64,000 bases of DNA from Myxococcota bacterium (GCA_039028615.1 JBCCHT010000042.1:1-64000); one strand, 5' to 3'; numbered from the stretch's first letter, positions 46,043 to 56,147 are shown. Made by a program: numbers and translations. The notes: generated by a model from the sequence alone, not told the origin.

Positions 46043-48997
46043 TCAGGTGGGGTTGCCGTCGCTGCTGGGCGGCTCGTAGTGGCTGCGATAGCGCCCCCAA
46101 AGGTCGGGCCAGTCGTCGATGCGAGCGGGGCCGCTCTCGGCCCACGACGACAGCGATAGCTGCAGCGCGCTTTCGAATTGGAACCACAGCGAGGTTTCGG
46201 AGGGCCGCGACGGGGTATCGGCGCTCTCGTCCGACTGGGCCAGGGCTTGCTCGACCGCCCGATCGACCACGCCGTGGGCGGTCATGGTCGGCGTCAGGAA
46301 GCACGCTCCCGGCTGGAACATGGAGTCCGGCCGGGCCGGGGTCCGCAGGATGCCGTTCACCTCGGTGGCCGCGTTGCGATGGAAGAAGGGCGGTCGGAAG
46401 GTGTGGGCGGTGGTGTCCCAGCGCGGCGGAAAGACGACCAGGTCGAGCCCGTTGGCCCCGCGCTCGTCGAGCGGAGCGGTGAGCACGGTATAGGCCGAGG
46501 GGTCGATGTGGTCGTAGGCCACATTGGACACGGGGGAGAACAACGCGAGGTCGTAGGCGTAGGGCGTGTAGTTGCCGTGCCACGCGACGACGTCGAAGGG
46601 GCTGCGATCGAGGGTCGTCTGATAAAGCTGCCCGCCCATCTTGGTGGTGAAGCGAAAGCCGGGATCGGGTCGGTTCTCGAACCAGGGGGTGGGCGTGCGG
46701 AAGTGCCGGGGATCGGCGAGCCCGTTGGCCCCCACCACGCCGCGATCGGGCAGCTCGAAGTGGCGGCCGTAGATCTCGCCCACGTAGCCGCGGGCGCAGT
46801 CGCCCTGGAGCAGCACGGAGAACGCGATGCCGCGGGGGATGATCGCCAGCTCGCCCGGGGCCACGTCGAGCACGCCCAGCTCGGTGCGCAGGGTCAGCGC
46901 GCCCTCTTGCGGCAGCAGCAGCAGATCGCCATCGGAGTTCTGGTAGGCGCGATGCTCCATGCTGCGGTTGGCCGCATACAGGTGGATGGCAAAGCCGCGT
47001 CGCTCGGCCGCGCGCCCCTGGCCCCCGTAGGTGTGCATGCCGTCCACGAAATCGGTGGGCGCCTCGGGGATGGCCAGCGGTCGGTGCCCCACCAGGTTGA
47101 TGGCGGGAGGTCGCAGCGCATAGTCCTCGCACAAGGTGGGGTGCAGCAGGGGGACGAAGGGGCGATGCCCCGCGGAGGGCCGGATCCGGTAGACCCAGGT
47201 CCGCAGGTTGTGCGAGCGCGCGGCGACGAAGCCAGTGCCGTTCCACTGCTCGGCATACAGCCCCATCGGCCCGCGGCGGGGGCTGTTTTGCGTGCGGGGC
47301 AGGGCTCCGGGCAAGGCCTCCACCGCGTGGGTGTTGCCGAAGCCGCTGACGCCTTCGTTGGTGGTGCCGAGCAGGAGCTCGCGGGCGCGGATCCGCTGGC
47401 GTCCGCCGATCTCGTGGATGTCGCCCGGCTCGATCATCGTCTCCACGGTCGCGCCCGCGTCGACCAGCTCGGCCACCGTCTCTTCGAAATCGGTGGCGTC
47501 GATCCACGGGTCGGCCTGCGCCACGCCGACCAAGACCGGCACCTCGTCCAGCGCGCCACCGAAGGCCGGTCGCGCGTCGGAGGGACCCACGCGAGCGCCC
47601 GCCAGCGCGATCACGGTGGCGAAGGACCCACATTCGCGGGTGAGCAGCTCGAAGGCCAAGCAGGCCCCCTGCGAAAAGCCCAGCAGGTGCACGCGGGCAT
47701 GCGGAGCCCTCTGCTCGATCCAGGCCCGCGTGGCCTCCAGGGTCCCGAGGGCGGCGTTCATGCCTTCGGCGTCGTCGGCCCACGCGGTGCGGTAGGTCGC
47801 CTCCGACCACGAGCCGCCGGGGGCCTGGGGCGCCACGATGGCCACCCCGGGCGCGTCCCCGACGATCTCCCGGGAGCGCTGCACGATGGCATCGGCCGTG
47901 GAGGCGCGACCGTGCACCGCGAGCACGACATCGTCCGCGCTCTCGAGGTCCCCGTGCACCGAAAGCGGCGGGCCGTGATCCCAGGGGCACCAGCGAACGT
48001 GTCGCGACGGTCGGCGGCCCAGCAACGCGGGCTGCACCCACGACTGCGGACCCAGCGTGTCTTCGATGGCCTCGTGCACGTCGGCCGGCGCCACGCCCAG
48101 GGCGGACAGCGACGAAGCCCCGCCCACCGCGACCAGCGTATCGAACAGGGTGGCGAGGGGGTCGGCCTCGGGCAGCGCGTCGAGAATGGCGCGGTACAGC
48201 TCGGGGGAGTGGCGGCGCATGGCCGCGATGGAGGCGGGCAGCAACGCCGCGTGCACGGCCGCGTGGGGCAGGCCGAAGCGAGCGCCCAGCACATGCACCA
48301 CGCGGTGGTGTCGGCCCATGCGGTGCGCGTCGAGGATCTGGGCGGCGGCCGAAGCCCCGCGCGCGGCCTCGACCCGCGCCTGCCGATGCCGCGGGCGATC
48401 GGCGAGCATCAGCACCGCGCGATACAGCTGAGCCATCACCGCCAGCGCCCGCTCGCGCAGCGTCTCGTCGAGCGGATCGCTCGACAGCGCGCTCATGGGG
48501 TGGGCCATGGCGTTGACGAGGCTCTGGACGGTGAGCCGCCGCGACAGCGTGTCGAGGAACTCGGGCACATAGGCCACCACGTCGGCGCGCACTCGATCGT
48601 CGCGCCCCGTCTGCTTGTTGCCCTCGTCGGTGATGCCGTAGATCCGGGTCATCTCCGAGCCGGCGTAGGTGGTGGGAATGGCCACGAAGGGCAGCGTGGT
48701 CTCCAGCCGCAGCGCCTTGGCCAGGCCGGTCGCCGACCCTCCGCCCACCGTCACGATCGCGTCCGCGTCGTGCTCACCCAGCGCCTTGCGGACCGCCTCG
48801 ACCTTGGCTCGGGGCACATGCACCTCGGCCTGCGAGAAGCGGCGGACGGTCATGCCCTCGAGGCCCGCTTCGACCTCGTCGACGAAGCGCTGCGCGGGGC
48901 CGCTGATGAGCAGCGGGCGGGCCACACCTTTGTCGCGCAGCCAGTCGAGCGCCTGGGTCAGCGCGTCGAAACCGAAATAGGTGATCGGGTCGGGCAT
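46043..48997 (-). CDS. hmgA: Trifunctional fusion: maleylacetate reductase-like + carboxylesterase + homogentisate 1,2-dioxygenase
   Basis: One open frame. N-terminal GGGSATG, IPTTYAGSEMT, HHRVVHVLG and LPHAAVH. Central HGR, GFSQG, DPW and HEI. C-terminal GFGN..EALPGALP..QNSP, DVVAWHGNY, HIDPS, RPPFFHRNAATE and TAHG. Confidence 0.9.
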   Translation of the reverse strand: MPDPITYFGFDALTQALDWLRDKGVARPLLISGPAQRFVDEVEAGLEGMTVRRFSQAEVHVPRAKVEAVRKALGEHDADAIVTVGGGSATGLAKALRLETTLPFVAIPTTYAGSEMTRIYGITDEGNKQTGRDDRVRADVVAYVPEFLDTLSRRLTVQSLVNAMAHPMSALSSDPLDETLRERALAVMAQLYRAVLMLADRPRHRQARVEAARGASAAAQILDAHRMGRHHRVVHVLGARFGLPHAAVHAALLPASIAAMRRHSPELYRAILDALPEADPLATLFDTLVAVGGASSLSALGVAPADVHEAIEDTLGPQSWVQPALLGRRPSRHVRWCPWDHGPPLSVHGDLESADDVVLAVHGRASTADAIVQRSREIVGDAPGVAIVAPQAPGGSWSEATYRTAWADDAEGMNAALGTLEATRAWIEQRAPHARVHLLGFSQGACLAFELLTRECGSFATVIALAGARVGPSDARPAFGGALDEVPVLVGVAQADPWIDATDFEETVAELVDAGATVETMIEPGDIHEIGGRQRIRARELLLGTTNEGVSGFGNTHAVEALPGALPRTQNSPRRGPMGLYAEQWNGTGFVAARSHNLRTWVYRIRPSAGHRPFVPLLHPTLCEDYALRPPAINLVGHRPLAIPEAPTDFVDGMHTYGGQGRAAERRGFAIHLYAANRSMEHRAYQNSDGDLLLLPQEGALTLRTELGVLDVAPGELAIIPRGIAFSVLLQGDCARGYVGEIYGRHFELPDRGVVGANGLADPRHFRTPTPWFENRPDPGFRFTTKMGGQLYQTTLDRSPFDVVAWHGNYTPYAYDLALFSPVSNVAYDHIDPSAYTVLTAPLDERGANGLDLVVFPPRWDTTAHTFRPPFFHRNAATEVNGILRTPARPDSMFQPGACFLTPTMTAHGVVDRAVEQALAQSDESADTPSRPSETSLWFQFESALQLSLSSWAESGPARIDDWPDLWGRYRSHYEPPSSDGNPT

Positions 48998-49005
48998 GGC
49001 AGTGC

Positions 49006-49863
49006 ATGAAGCATGTCTCCCGCCCTTGGACCTACGCAAGCGTCTGTGCCAGGCTCGAACCCGTGGTGGCCGGCCTCTCGCTTCATCGTCGTTGCGCATC
49101 GACGCTGTGCAAGCTCTTGTGCATGGCCGCGATCGTGACTGCCTGCCGCGCTTCGGGGCCGACCGAAACGCCCACCGCGACCGCTGCACCGAGTTCTGCG
49201 GCCACCGACCGCCCCGCCTCCACGCCCGCCACTGGCCCGGCCCCGAGCGACGACGAGGGCTGGGAGTCGGTCACGAACGAGGACGGCATCATCGTGACCG
49301 CACGCGCCAGTGCGCGCAGCGAGCTGAAGGTGTTTCGCGGGGTCGGCGTGGTCGAGGCGCCTCTCATCGAGGTGCTCGCGGTGATCACCGACGCCGATCG
49401 CCACGACGAGTGGGTGCACTCGTGCTCCGAGTCGGGTCTCATCGAGCAGAGCACCGAGCTGACCGGGTTCGTCTACAACCGCACCGCGACGCCCTGGCCC
49501 GTGGCCGATCGGGACGTGGTGCTGCGCAGCCGCATCCAGCTCATCGACGGGGAGCGCGAGGTCCTGGTGACCTTCACCGCCACCGAGCACCCCGCCAAGG
49601 CGCCCGAAGACGGGGTCATTCGCATGCCCTATCTCGAAGGCCACTATCACCTGTGGGCGCAAGGGCCTTCGAGCACGCGGGTCGAGTACCAGGTCGACAG
49701 CGATCCCGGCGGGCGGCTGCCCACGGGGCTCGTGTCGCGGGGCACGCGGGACATGCCGGTCGAGACGCTGCAGGGGCTGCGGGCGCAGGTCGTACGCACC
49801 CGCGGCAGCTACGCGGAGAAGATCGAAGACTTCCGCCGCACCATCACGAACGCGGGCTCCTAG
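49006..49863 (+). CDS. START domain (lipid-binding) protein, probably a lipoprotein; true start likely downstream
   Basis: Motifs WESVTNEDGI, EWVHSC, PWPVADRDVV and DPGGRLP. Possible lipobox VTAC. Confidence 0.85.
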   Translation: MKHVSRPWTYASVCARLEPVVAGLSLHRRCASTLCKLLCMAAIVTACRASGPTETPTATAAPSSAATDRPASTPATGPAPSDDEGWESVTNEDGIIVTARASARSELKVFRGVGVVEAPLIEVLAVITDADRHDEWVHSCSESGLIEQSTELTGFVYNRTATPWPVADRDVVLRSRIQLIDGEREVLVTFTATEHPAKAPEDGVIRMPYLEGHYHLWAQGPSSTRVEYQVDSDPGGRLPTGLVSRGTRDMPVETLQGLRAQVVRTRGSYAEKIEDFRRTITNAGS

Positions 49864-49872
49864 CGAGTCGCG

Positions 49873-50904
49873 CTACACGGGGCGCGGATCGGGCAACCCG
49901 GGCGGGAGCCGCTCCACGAGCAGGGCCCCTCGCACGTGCCGAACCGGTCGGTTCACCGCGCCCGGGCGACCGCCGATCTGCACCACTTGGCCCCCATCGC
50001 TCTGCGTGTTGCGAACCCCTTCCCGCAGGCTCTGCTCGTCACAGCCCACCACCACGATCATCGGGCCCACCAAGGGCAGGTCGGGCAGGGGCCAGGACGT
50101 GTGGAACAGCGCGGGGGCGAGATAGCCGCGAGGGTCACCCATGCGCTCGAGCAGCCCGCCCGGACACCAGGCTTCGACGTCGGCGTGCGCCTTCCACTGC
50201 GCGTAGGCGTCGAGGAATCGATCGCGAACGACGGGGGTGACCGGCCCGGCGAAGGACTCGGGGTCGTTGGCGGGCCCCACCGTCACGCCGACCCAGAGCC
50301 GACGGAGGTGTCGCTGTAGAAGCTCGAGGTCACCCGCCACGTAGGCGACCTTCACCCCGCGCGGGTCGACACCGCTGCGTCGCAGGCCGGTCCGCGCGAG
50401 CACGTAGGCGGCCAGCTCTCGATCGGCGTCCGAGTCGATCACCGCCACGCGTCGCTGCGGCTTGGGCACGCCGCCTTCGGTATGGCCCTCGGGCAACGAC
50501 GCGGACAGCTCGTCTTCGATCGTCAGCACGCCGGGCGCAAAGGCGGTTTCGAGGTTGCGCAGCAGATCGAGCGCCCCGGTGCAGGCATCGGGCTCACGCT
50601 GCAGCAGCACCGTCCGACCGCGACGAAGCCAGCTCCACACCGACTCGATCGACTCGAGCGGCTGACCGCGGCGCTCGATGACCCGAACGGCGGGCCCGGG
50701 GCGCGGCGCGGGCCGAGACCGGTTGAGGTCGACCACCCGGCTTTGGATCTGCCCCACCAGCTGCTCGCGATCCCACGCCACCAGCTCGAGCTGCTTGGCC
50801 AACGAGTCGGCCAGCGCATCGGCGTACAGGGTGATCAGCTCGGACAGCTCGGGGCCACGGGCACGCGCGATCGCGGCGATCTGCTTGGCGGAGGCGTCCA
50901 CCAC
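49873..50904 (-). CDS. Degenerate aldehyde dehydrogenase-fold protein
   Basis: ALDH-like C-terminal segments (VIDSDADRELAA, VGPANDPESFAGPV, GYLAPALF, GPMIVV), but lacks the ELGG and GQxC motifs. Confidence 0.6.
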   Translation of the reverse strand: MVDASAKQIAAIARARGPELSELITLYADALADSLAKQLELVAWDREQLVGQIQSRVVDLNRSRPAPRPGPAVRVIERRGQPLESIESVWSWLRRGRTVLLQREPDACTGALDLLRNLETAFAPGVLTIEDELSASLPEGHTEGGVPKPQRRVAVIDSDADRELAAYVLARTGLRRSGVDPRGVKVAYVAGDLELLQRHLRRLWVGVTVGPANDPESFAGPVTPVVRDRFLDAYAQWKAHADVEAWCPGGLLERMGDPRGYLAPALFHTSWPLPDLPLVGPMIVVVGCDEQSLREGVRNTQSDGGQVVQIGGRPGAVNRPVRHVRGALLVERLPPGLPDPRPV

Positions 50905-50913
50905 CGCAACATT

Positions 50914-51939
50914 CTAGCTCGCGAGCAGGATGACGGTGACGGTGACGCCCACGCCGATCGCCACGCCCGCTCCCACCGCGACCATGATGGCGGTGCTGTT
51001 GCGGCCAGCGGACGGGGTATCGTCCTCGAGCGCGGGGCTGTCCAGGTTGTCGGGCTTGGACTCGATGAGCTCGACGTCCTGGTGGCGCGGCGGGATGCGG
51101 CCGTCCATGCGCCGAGAGATATGACCCAGGCCCTCGACCAGCTCGTCGAAGGTGGGGCGGATATCCGGGCGCCGGCTCATCATGCGGCGGCATAGATCGC
51201 TGAGTTCCTCGTCGAACCCTTGGATCTCCAGCTTGAGCTGGGGCCGCTCGGCCTTGAGGTGGCGTCGCACCACCGCGGTGTAGTGATCGTCTTGGCCGCC
51301 CTTGCGGAAGGGCGGGTGCCCGCTGCACATGTGGAACAGCGAGCAGCCCAGGGCGTAGACGTCGGCCCGGGCGTCGACCTCCTCGCCCATCGCCTGCTCG
51401 GGCGCCAGGTAGTCCGGCGTGCCCACGAACACGCCGGTCGCGGTGATCGAGAGGTCTTCTTGCAGCGCCTTGGCGAGCCCGAAGTCGGTGACCTTCACGA
51501 CGCCTTGGCTGGTGATGACCAAGTTCGAGGGCTTGACGTCGCGGTGGACCACGCCGGCCTCTTGCGCCTGCGCCAAGCCGATGGCCGACTGGCGGATCGC
51601 CTCGGCCGCGTCGCCGGGGAACAGGGGCCCGCGCTTTTTGATCGCGGCACCGAGGTCCTCGCCGTCGAGGAACTCCATCGCCAAGAAGGGGCGACGCTCG
51701 TGCTCGCCGATCGCGTAGATCTGGACGATGTTCGGGTGGTTCATCGCGGCCAGGGCTCGGCCCTCGCGGAGGAACCGCTCCTTGAATTCGCGCGACTCCC
51801 GATGGCGTGCACCTAGGATCTTGAGCGCCACGCGACGGCCCAAGCCCTTGTCGCGGCCCTCGTAGACCTCGCCCATCGCACCCTTGCCGAGGAGACCTAC
51901 GACATCGAAGTGCGCGATGGCTAACGGCGCGTCCGCCAT
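50914..51939 (-). CDS. Ser/Thr protein kinase with C-terminal membrane anchor
   Basis: Motifs GKGAMG, VALK, HRDVKPSN, DFG and GTPDYLAPE, ending in a terminal TM segment. Confidence 0.95.
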   Translation of the reverse strand: MADAPLAIAHFDVVGLLGKGAMGEVYEGRDKGLGRRVALKILGARHRESREFKERFLREGRALAAMNHPNIVQIYAIGEHERRPFLAMEFLDGEDLGAAIKKRGPLFPGDAAEAIRQSAIGLAQAQEAGVVHRDVKPSNLVITSQGVVKVTDFGLAKALQEDLSITATGVFVGTPDYLAPEQAMGEEVDARADVYALGCSLFHMCSGHPPFRKGGQDDHYTAVVRRHLKAERPQLKLEIQGFDEELSDLCRRMMSRRPDIRPTFDELVEGLGHISRRMDGRIPPRHQDVELIESKPDNLDSPALEDDTPSAGRNSTAIMVAVGAGVAIGVGVTVTVILLAS

Positions 51940-52050
51940 GGGGCCGGACGTTAACATGGACGCCGGCGCGCCCGCTACGGACCCTACGGGTGAAATTTGC
52001 GTGTTTTGCGCGGCTGTGGGCGGAAACCGCAGCGCTTGCCGGGGTCGAGG

Positions 52051-53481
52051 TCAGCCCGGTGGGCCGCCGCCGCCTTCGATGGCCGGGTTTTCGAAGCGCG
52101 TATGCTCACCCCGGAAGATCAAATGCACTGTCCCGGTGGGGCCATTACGTTGCTTGCCGATGATCACCTCGGCATCCCGCTCGACCTTGGCCCGCTCCTG
52201 CTCGTCGGTGATGTACCGGGCCTCTCGGTAGATGAACATGATGACGTCCGCGTCCTGCTCGATGGCTCCGGACTCACGAAGGTCGGACAGCTGAGGGCGA
52301 TGGTCGGACCGACTGTCGACGCCACGGTTGAGCTGTGAAAGGGCCAGCACGGGCACTTCCAGCTCCTTGGCGATGGCCTTGAGGCCACGCGAGATCTCGC
52401 TGATCTCCTGCTCGCGCGAGTCGTAGCGGCCCTTGCCTCCGCGGCACAGCTGGAGATAGTCGACCACGATGAGGCCCAGAGGTGGGCGGGTGTCCTCCTC
52501 TTTCTTGGCCGGGAACAGGCTCTTGTCCTGCCGGAAGCGACGGGCGCGCGCCCGGATCTCGAGGATCGTGGGGGAACCGCTGTCGTCGATGAACAGCGGG
52601 GCCTTGTGCAGCCGGTCGGCGGCCTGGACCAGCTCGCGGAACTCCTGGTCGATCATGCGGCCCGATCGCAGGCGGCTGGCGTCGACCCGGGCCTCGCTGC
52701 ACAGGATACGTTCGATGAGCTGAGCCGCGCTCATCTCGATGCTGAACACCAAGGTCGGCGCGTGCTTGGGCCGCTCCTCCTCGGGCAGGTGCATGTGCTT
52801 GGCCTGGGTGATGCACGCGTTCTGGGCCAAGTTCAGGGCCAGCGCGGTTTTGCCCATCGAGGGGCGGGCGGCCAGGATGATGAGGTCGCCCGGCTGCATC
52901 CCGCCGGTCATCGTGTCGAGCTTGGTGAAGCCCGTCGGCACCCCGGTGATGGGGTTTTTGAGCTTGGCCCGCTCGGTGATGTTCTCGAAGACGCCATGGA
53001 TGAGGTCCTTGGCGGAGCGGTAGCCACCGACGCGGCCGGCCTGGTTGACCTCGAGCAGGCGTCGCTCGGCGCCGTCGATGAACTCGTTGACGTCCTCGAC
53101 CCCCTCGCGGCCCTCTTCGGCGATGTCCTGGGAGACCTGCACGAGGCGGCGGATCGACGCCGTCTGTCGCACGAGCTCGGCGTGGTGCGCCACGTGGTGG
53201 CTGCTCGCGTAGCGATCGGCCAGCTTGCCGAGCCCCTCGAGGCCGCCGACCAGGCCGAGCTCGTCGGTGGCGCGGAGCTGGTGCTCGAGCGTGATGGGGT
53301 CGATGGGCTGTCCGCGGTCGGACAGCTTGCTCATCGCCTTGAACACCGCCTGATGACTGGGGACGTAGAACGACTCCGAGTCGATCAGGGCGATGACGTC
53401 GTTGAGGGCCTCGTTGCGTAGCAGGATGCCCGCCAGGACGGCAGCTTCTGCTTCTTTGTTGTGCGGCAGCGGGGTGGCCAT
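52051..53481 (-). CDS. dnaB: Replicative DNA helicase
   Basis: Motifs PHNKEAEAAVL, AARPSMGKT, FSIEM, VDYLQL, LSQLNR, DLRESGAIEQDAD and KQRNGPTG. Confidence 0.98.
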   Translation of the reverse strand: MATPLPHNKEAEAAVLAGILLRNEALNDVIALIDSESFYVPSHQAVFKAMSKLSDRGQPIDPITLEHQLRATDELGLVGGLEGLGKLADRYASSHHVAHHAELVRQTASIRRLVQVSQDIAEEGREGVEDVNEFIDGAERRLLEVNQAGRVGGYRSAKDLIHGVFENITERAKLKNPITGVPTGFTKLDTMTGGMQPGDLIILAARPSMGKTALALNLAQNACITQAKHMHLPEEERPKHAPTLVFSIEMSAAQLIERILCSEARVDASRLRSGRMIDQEFRELVQAADRLHKAPLFIDDSGSPTILEIRARARRFRQDKSLFPAKKEEDTRPPLGLIVVDYLQLCRGGKGRYDSREQEISEISRGLKAIAKELEVPVLALSQLNRGVDSRSDHRPQLSDLRESGAIEQDADVIMFIYREARYITDEQERAKVERDAEVIIGKQRNGPTGTVHLIFRGEHTRFENPAIEGGGGPPG

Positions 53482-53568
53482 GAAACCGAGCTGGCGATGA
53501 TAGATCGCTCGGCCTCGTGCGCGGAGCGCAAACCGTATACGGGAAGCCCCGGCCCGTGGAGCTGTCTT

Positions 53569-54684
53569 CTACGCGGCGTTGTCCAGCATGAAGCCGGCGA
53601 TCGCCGACCAGGTCGCCTCGAAGTCTCGGGAGTCGAAGGGCGCTCCGCTGGCGAGCATGTCGAGGCGGGGGCGCCCCGGAGCTCCGCCGTAGTACCCCAT
53701 GAGATCGAGGTGGTCGCCGTGCACCGCGGTGATCAGCGAGCCCCACACCTGCGAGCGGGTGGGCACGAAGCCGTCGTTGTCGCGGCGGCTGGGCACCGCC
53801 CCGAGCTCTCGCTCCAGGGTGCGGAGCTCATCGCCGCTGGGCATGGGCGAGCTGCGGCGAGAGGCCGCGCCCGCCAGGCGGTGGAGCAGCGCGTACAGGC
53901 CCGCGCTGGCCCGGGCGTAGCGGCTCGAACGAAACGAGACGAGCGAGCGCAGGCGAGGCGGCGGAGCCATGGTGGCGACCGAGCCGTAGCGCACGGTCGG
54001 ACGAGTCTGCAGCGTGGCGGTGAGGCGCGCCACGGCCCCGGGGGTGAGCTGCTCGAGCAACGAGCCGTCTTGGCCGATCTCCGACAACCACTCGACGATC
54101 GCCGGATCGAGCGCGGCCCCCTCGAGTGCATCGCAGAGCGGATCGCAGACGCTGGGATCGACGCCCGCGATCCGATCGAGGTGCAGCACCACCATGCCCG
54201 TCTCGATCAGCGTGCGGCGGGGCCCGCTGCCCGAGCGCAGCAGGCGGGTGAGCAAGCGAGAGATCAGGGTCATCCAGCGATGGCCCTGGACCCCGGTGAA
54301 CGCCACCGCCAGCGGGGCTCCGTGGTGCGGCGTGGACAGGCTCACCGCCGAGCGGACGCGGCGAGCCGCCGCCTCGACGTCGACCTCGGTGGGCAGCGAG
54401 ATGCCCGGGCTCAGCAGCAAGCGCGTATCCAGCCCGCCCGTGGAGTGACCCACGATGTGGATCGGCTCGTCGCCGGGCTGCTCGGCGATCGCCTCGGCCA
54501 GACGCGCGGCCCGGGTCTCCACCGCAGACGACGGCGGCGGGCTGACCACGTGCACCCGGAGCTGGATACCCGCGGCGGCAAAGGGCCCCCGCAGCACGGG
54601 CTCGACATCGGTGAAGTACGACAGGCGACCCAGTCGCTCGAAGCCGAGCAAGCCAGGGACGAGGATCACGAGAGCAGCGGGCAT
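53569..54684 (-). CDS. Lipase/esterase (alpha/beta hydrolase, triacylglycerol lipase-like)
   Basis: Motifs LVPGLLGF, GHSTGG, TPHHG, NDGFVP and DHLD. Confidence 0.9.
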   Translation of the reverse strand: MPAALVILVPGLLGFERLGRLSYFTDVEPVLRGPFAAAGIQLRVHVVSPPPSSAVETRAARLAEAIAEQPGDEPIHIVGHSTGGLDTRLLLSPGISLPTEVDVEAAARRVRSAVSLSTPHHGAPLAVAFTGVQGHRWMTLISRLLTRLLRSGSGPRRTLIETGMVVLHLDRIAGVDPSVCDPLCDALEGAALDPAIVEWLSEIGQDGSLLEQLTPGAVARLTATLQTRPTVRYGSVATMAPPPRLRSLVSFRSSRYARASAGLYALLHRLAGAASRRSSPMPSGDELRTLERELGAVPSRRDNDGFVPTRSQVWGSLITAVHGDHLDLMGYYGGAPGRPRLDMLASGAPFDSRDFEATWSAIAGFMLDNAA

Positions 54685-54800
54685 TCGGTGCAGCCCTAGA
54701 GTCTAGCAGGCGGTCGAAGGGCACTCGCGAGCCGAGAGCACTGCTCTCGTCTCGAGATGCTTGAAGGCTTCCGACGACCGCTCGCCGCCTCGGCCGACGT

Positions 54801-55178
54801 CTAGTCGCCGTCGGTGGGTTTGGGCGAGCAGTCGCAGACCAGGACGCCGTTGACCATCACGCAGATGGGATCCTGGAAGCGGGGGCACTTGACCAGCAGA
54901 TCGGTGGGCCCGGCCGCCGGGTTCGCTCCCGCCGCTTCCGGCTCGTCGCAGTGGCACTCGACCGTCTCGCGCGTGTCGTCGACGTACTCACACACGAAGT
55001 CCTCGGCGCTGCACGAGGGAGGGATGGCGTAGCCCTCGATCAGGTCGACCTGATGGGACTCGCGGGCTTCGACACGAAACGACCCGTAGTCTTCGTCGGG
55101 CATTTCATCACAGGCGCCCCCCATCCCCAGCGACGCGACGACCGAAGCTACAGAAATTAATCTAGCACGCAGTCTCAT
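54801..55178 (-). CDS. Small Cys-containing hypothetical lipoprotein
   Basis: Signal peptide with GGAC and two short Cys modules (C..C..ECHC; C..C..VCDC). Confidence 0.6.
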   Translation of the reverse strand: MRLRARLISVASVVASLGMGGACDEMPDEDYGSFRVEARESHQVDLIEGYAIPPSCSAEDFVCEYVDDTRETVECHCDEPEAAGANPAAGPTDLLVKCPRFQDPICVMVNGVLVCDCSPKPTDGD

Positions 55179-55256
55179 GGTCTGGAGTAGCCGTTCCCGA
55201 GGCGATCCTTGGACGACGAAATGTAACGAACGCTCGGATGCGGGAAACGGGGGGCC

Positions 55257-56147
55257 ATGCATGCTCGTCCTACCCTTGGCCTGCTCGCTCCCGCCGCGCT
55301 GGCGTTCGGTGCCGCCCTGTGTCTCGCGTGCGGTTCCGACGACATCGCCGGCTCCGGTCCGGGTGATGTCTCGAGCTCGGGCGCCGACTCGGACGACAGC
55401 GCGACCTCGGGAGGCCCGAGCGGCGGCATGACCTCGGGCGAAGACACCCCGGGCTCGGCCGGGAGCGGTTCGATGACCAGTGGAGCCGACGACGAGACGG
55501 GGACTCTGCCCACCGACACCGGGGCCGAGCGGGGCTGCGAGGTCATCGAGGCCTTGCCCGAGCCCGAGCGCTTCCACCTCATCGGCGACTCCGTGTTCGT
55601 ATCCAACGTGGACGAGTGCGCCGACGTCGGAGACTTCGTGGGCCGAACCTTCGGCGAGCGGGTCGAGGTGCAGGCCGTCGGTGGCACCGAGCTCGGCGGC
55701 GGCAAGGACGGGATCCCCGGCCAGTACATCCCCGGGGGCTGGGAGTGGGTCATCGTCGACGGAGGCGCCAACGACCTCGGCAATATCTGCGACTGCGATT
55801 GCTCCGCCGAGCAGCTCGACGCGCTCGCCTCGGCCGACGCCAGCGAGGGCCTGATGGTCGAGCTCGTCGACCAGATCGTCGGCGACGGTTCCCAGGTCGT
55901 GTTGCTCGGCTACTATGAAGCCATGCCGGACAGCGAGTTCGGTCCGTGCATCGACGAGCAGACCATCCTCAGCGATCGCTACGCGGCCATCGCCGACGCT
56001 CGCCCCGAAGTCGTCTTCGTCGACGGTCGCGAGCTCATGGATCCCGAGAGCACGCCCGTCGCGTACCAAGAAGACGGCGTGCACCCCTCGCCCACCGGCT
56101 CCGCGTTGCTCGCCGACGGTATCTCGCTCGCGATCCTGGGGCGGTAG
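55257..56147 (+). CDS. SGNH/GDSL hydrolase lipoprotein
   Basis: Lipobox CLAC, then IGDS, GGAND and DGVHPS blocks. Confidence 0.9.
   Translation: MHARPTLGLLAPAALAFGAALCLACGSDDIAGSGPGDVSSSGADSDDSATSGGPSGGMTSGEDTPGSAGSGSMTSGADDETGTLPTDTGAERGCEVIEALPEPERFHLIGDSVFVSNVDECADVGDFVGRTFGERVEVQAVGGTELGGGKDGIPGQYIPGGWEWVIVDGGANDLGNICDCDCSAEQLDALASADASEGLMVELVDQIVGDGSQVVLLGYYEAMPDSEFGPCIDEQTILSDRYAAIADARPEVVFVDGRELMDPESTPVAYQEDGVHPSPTGSALLADGISLAILGR

Noticed and set aside
52051..53481. Intein in dnaB
   Set aside because: The length (476 aa) is normal. There are only two short loop insertions and no splicing motifs.
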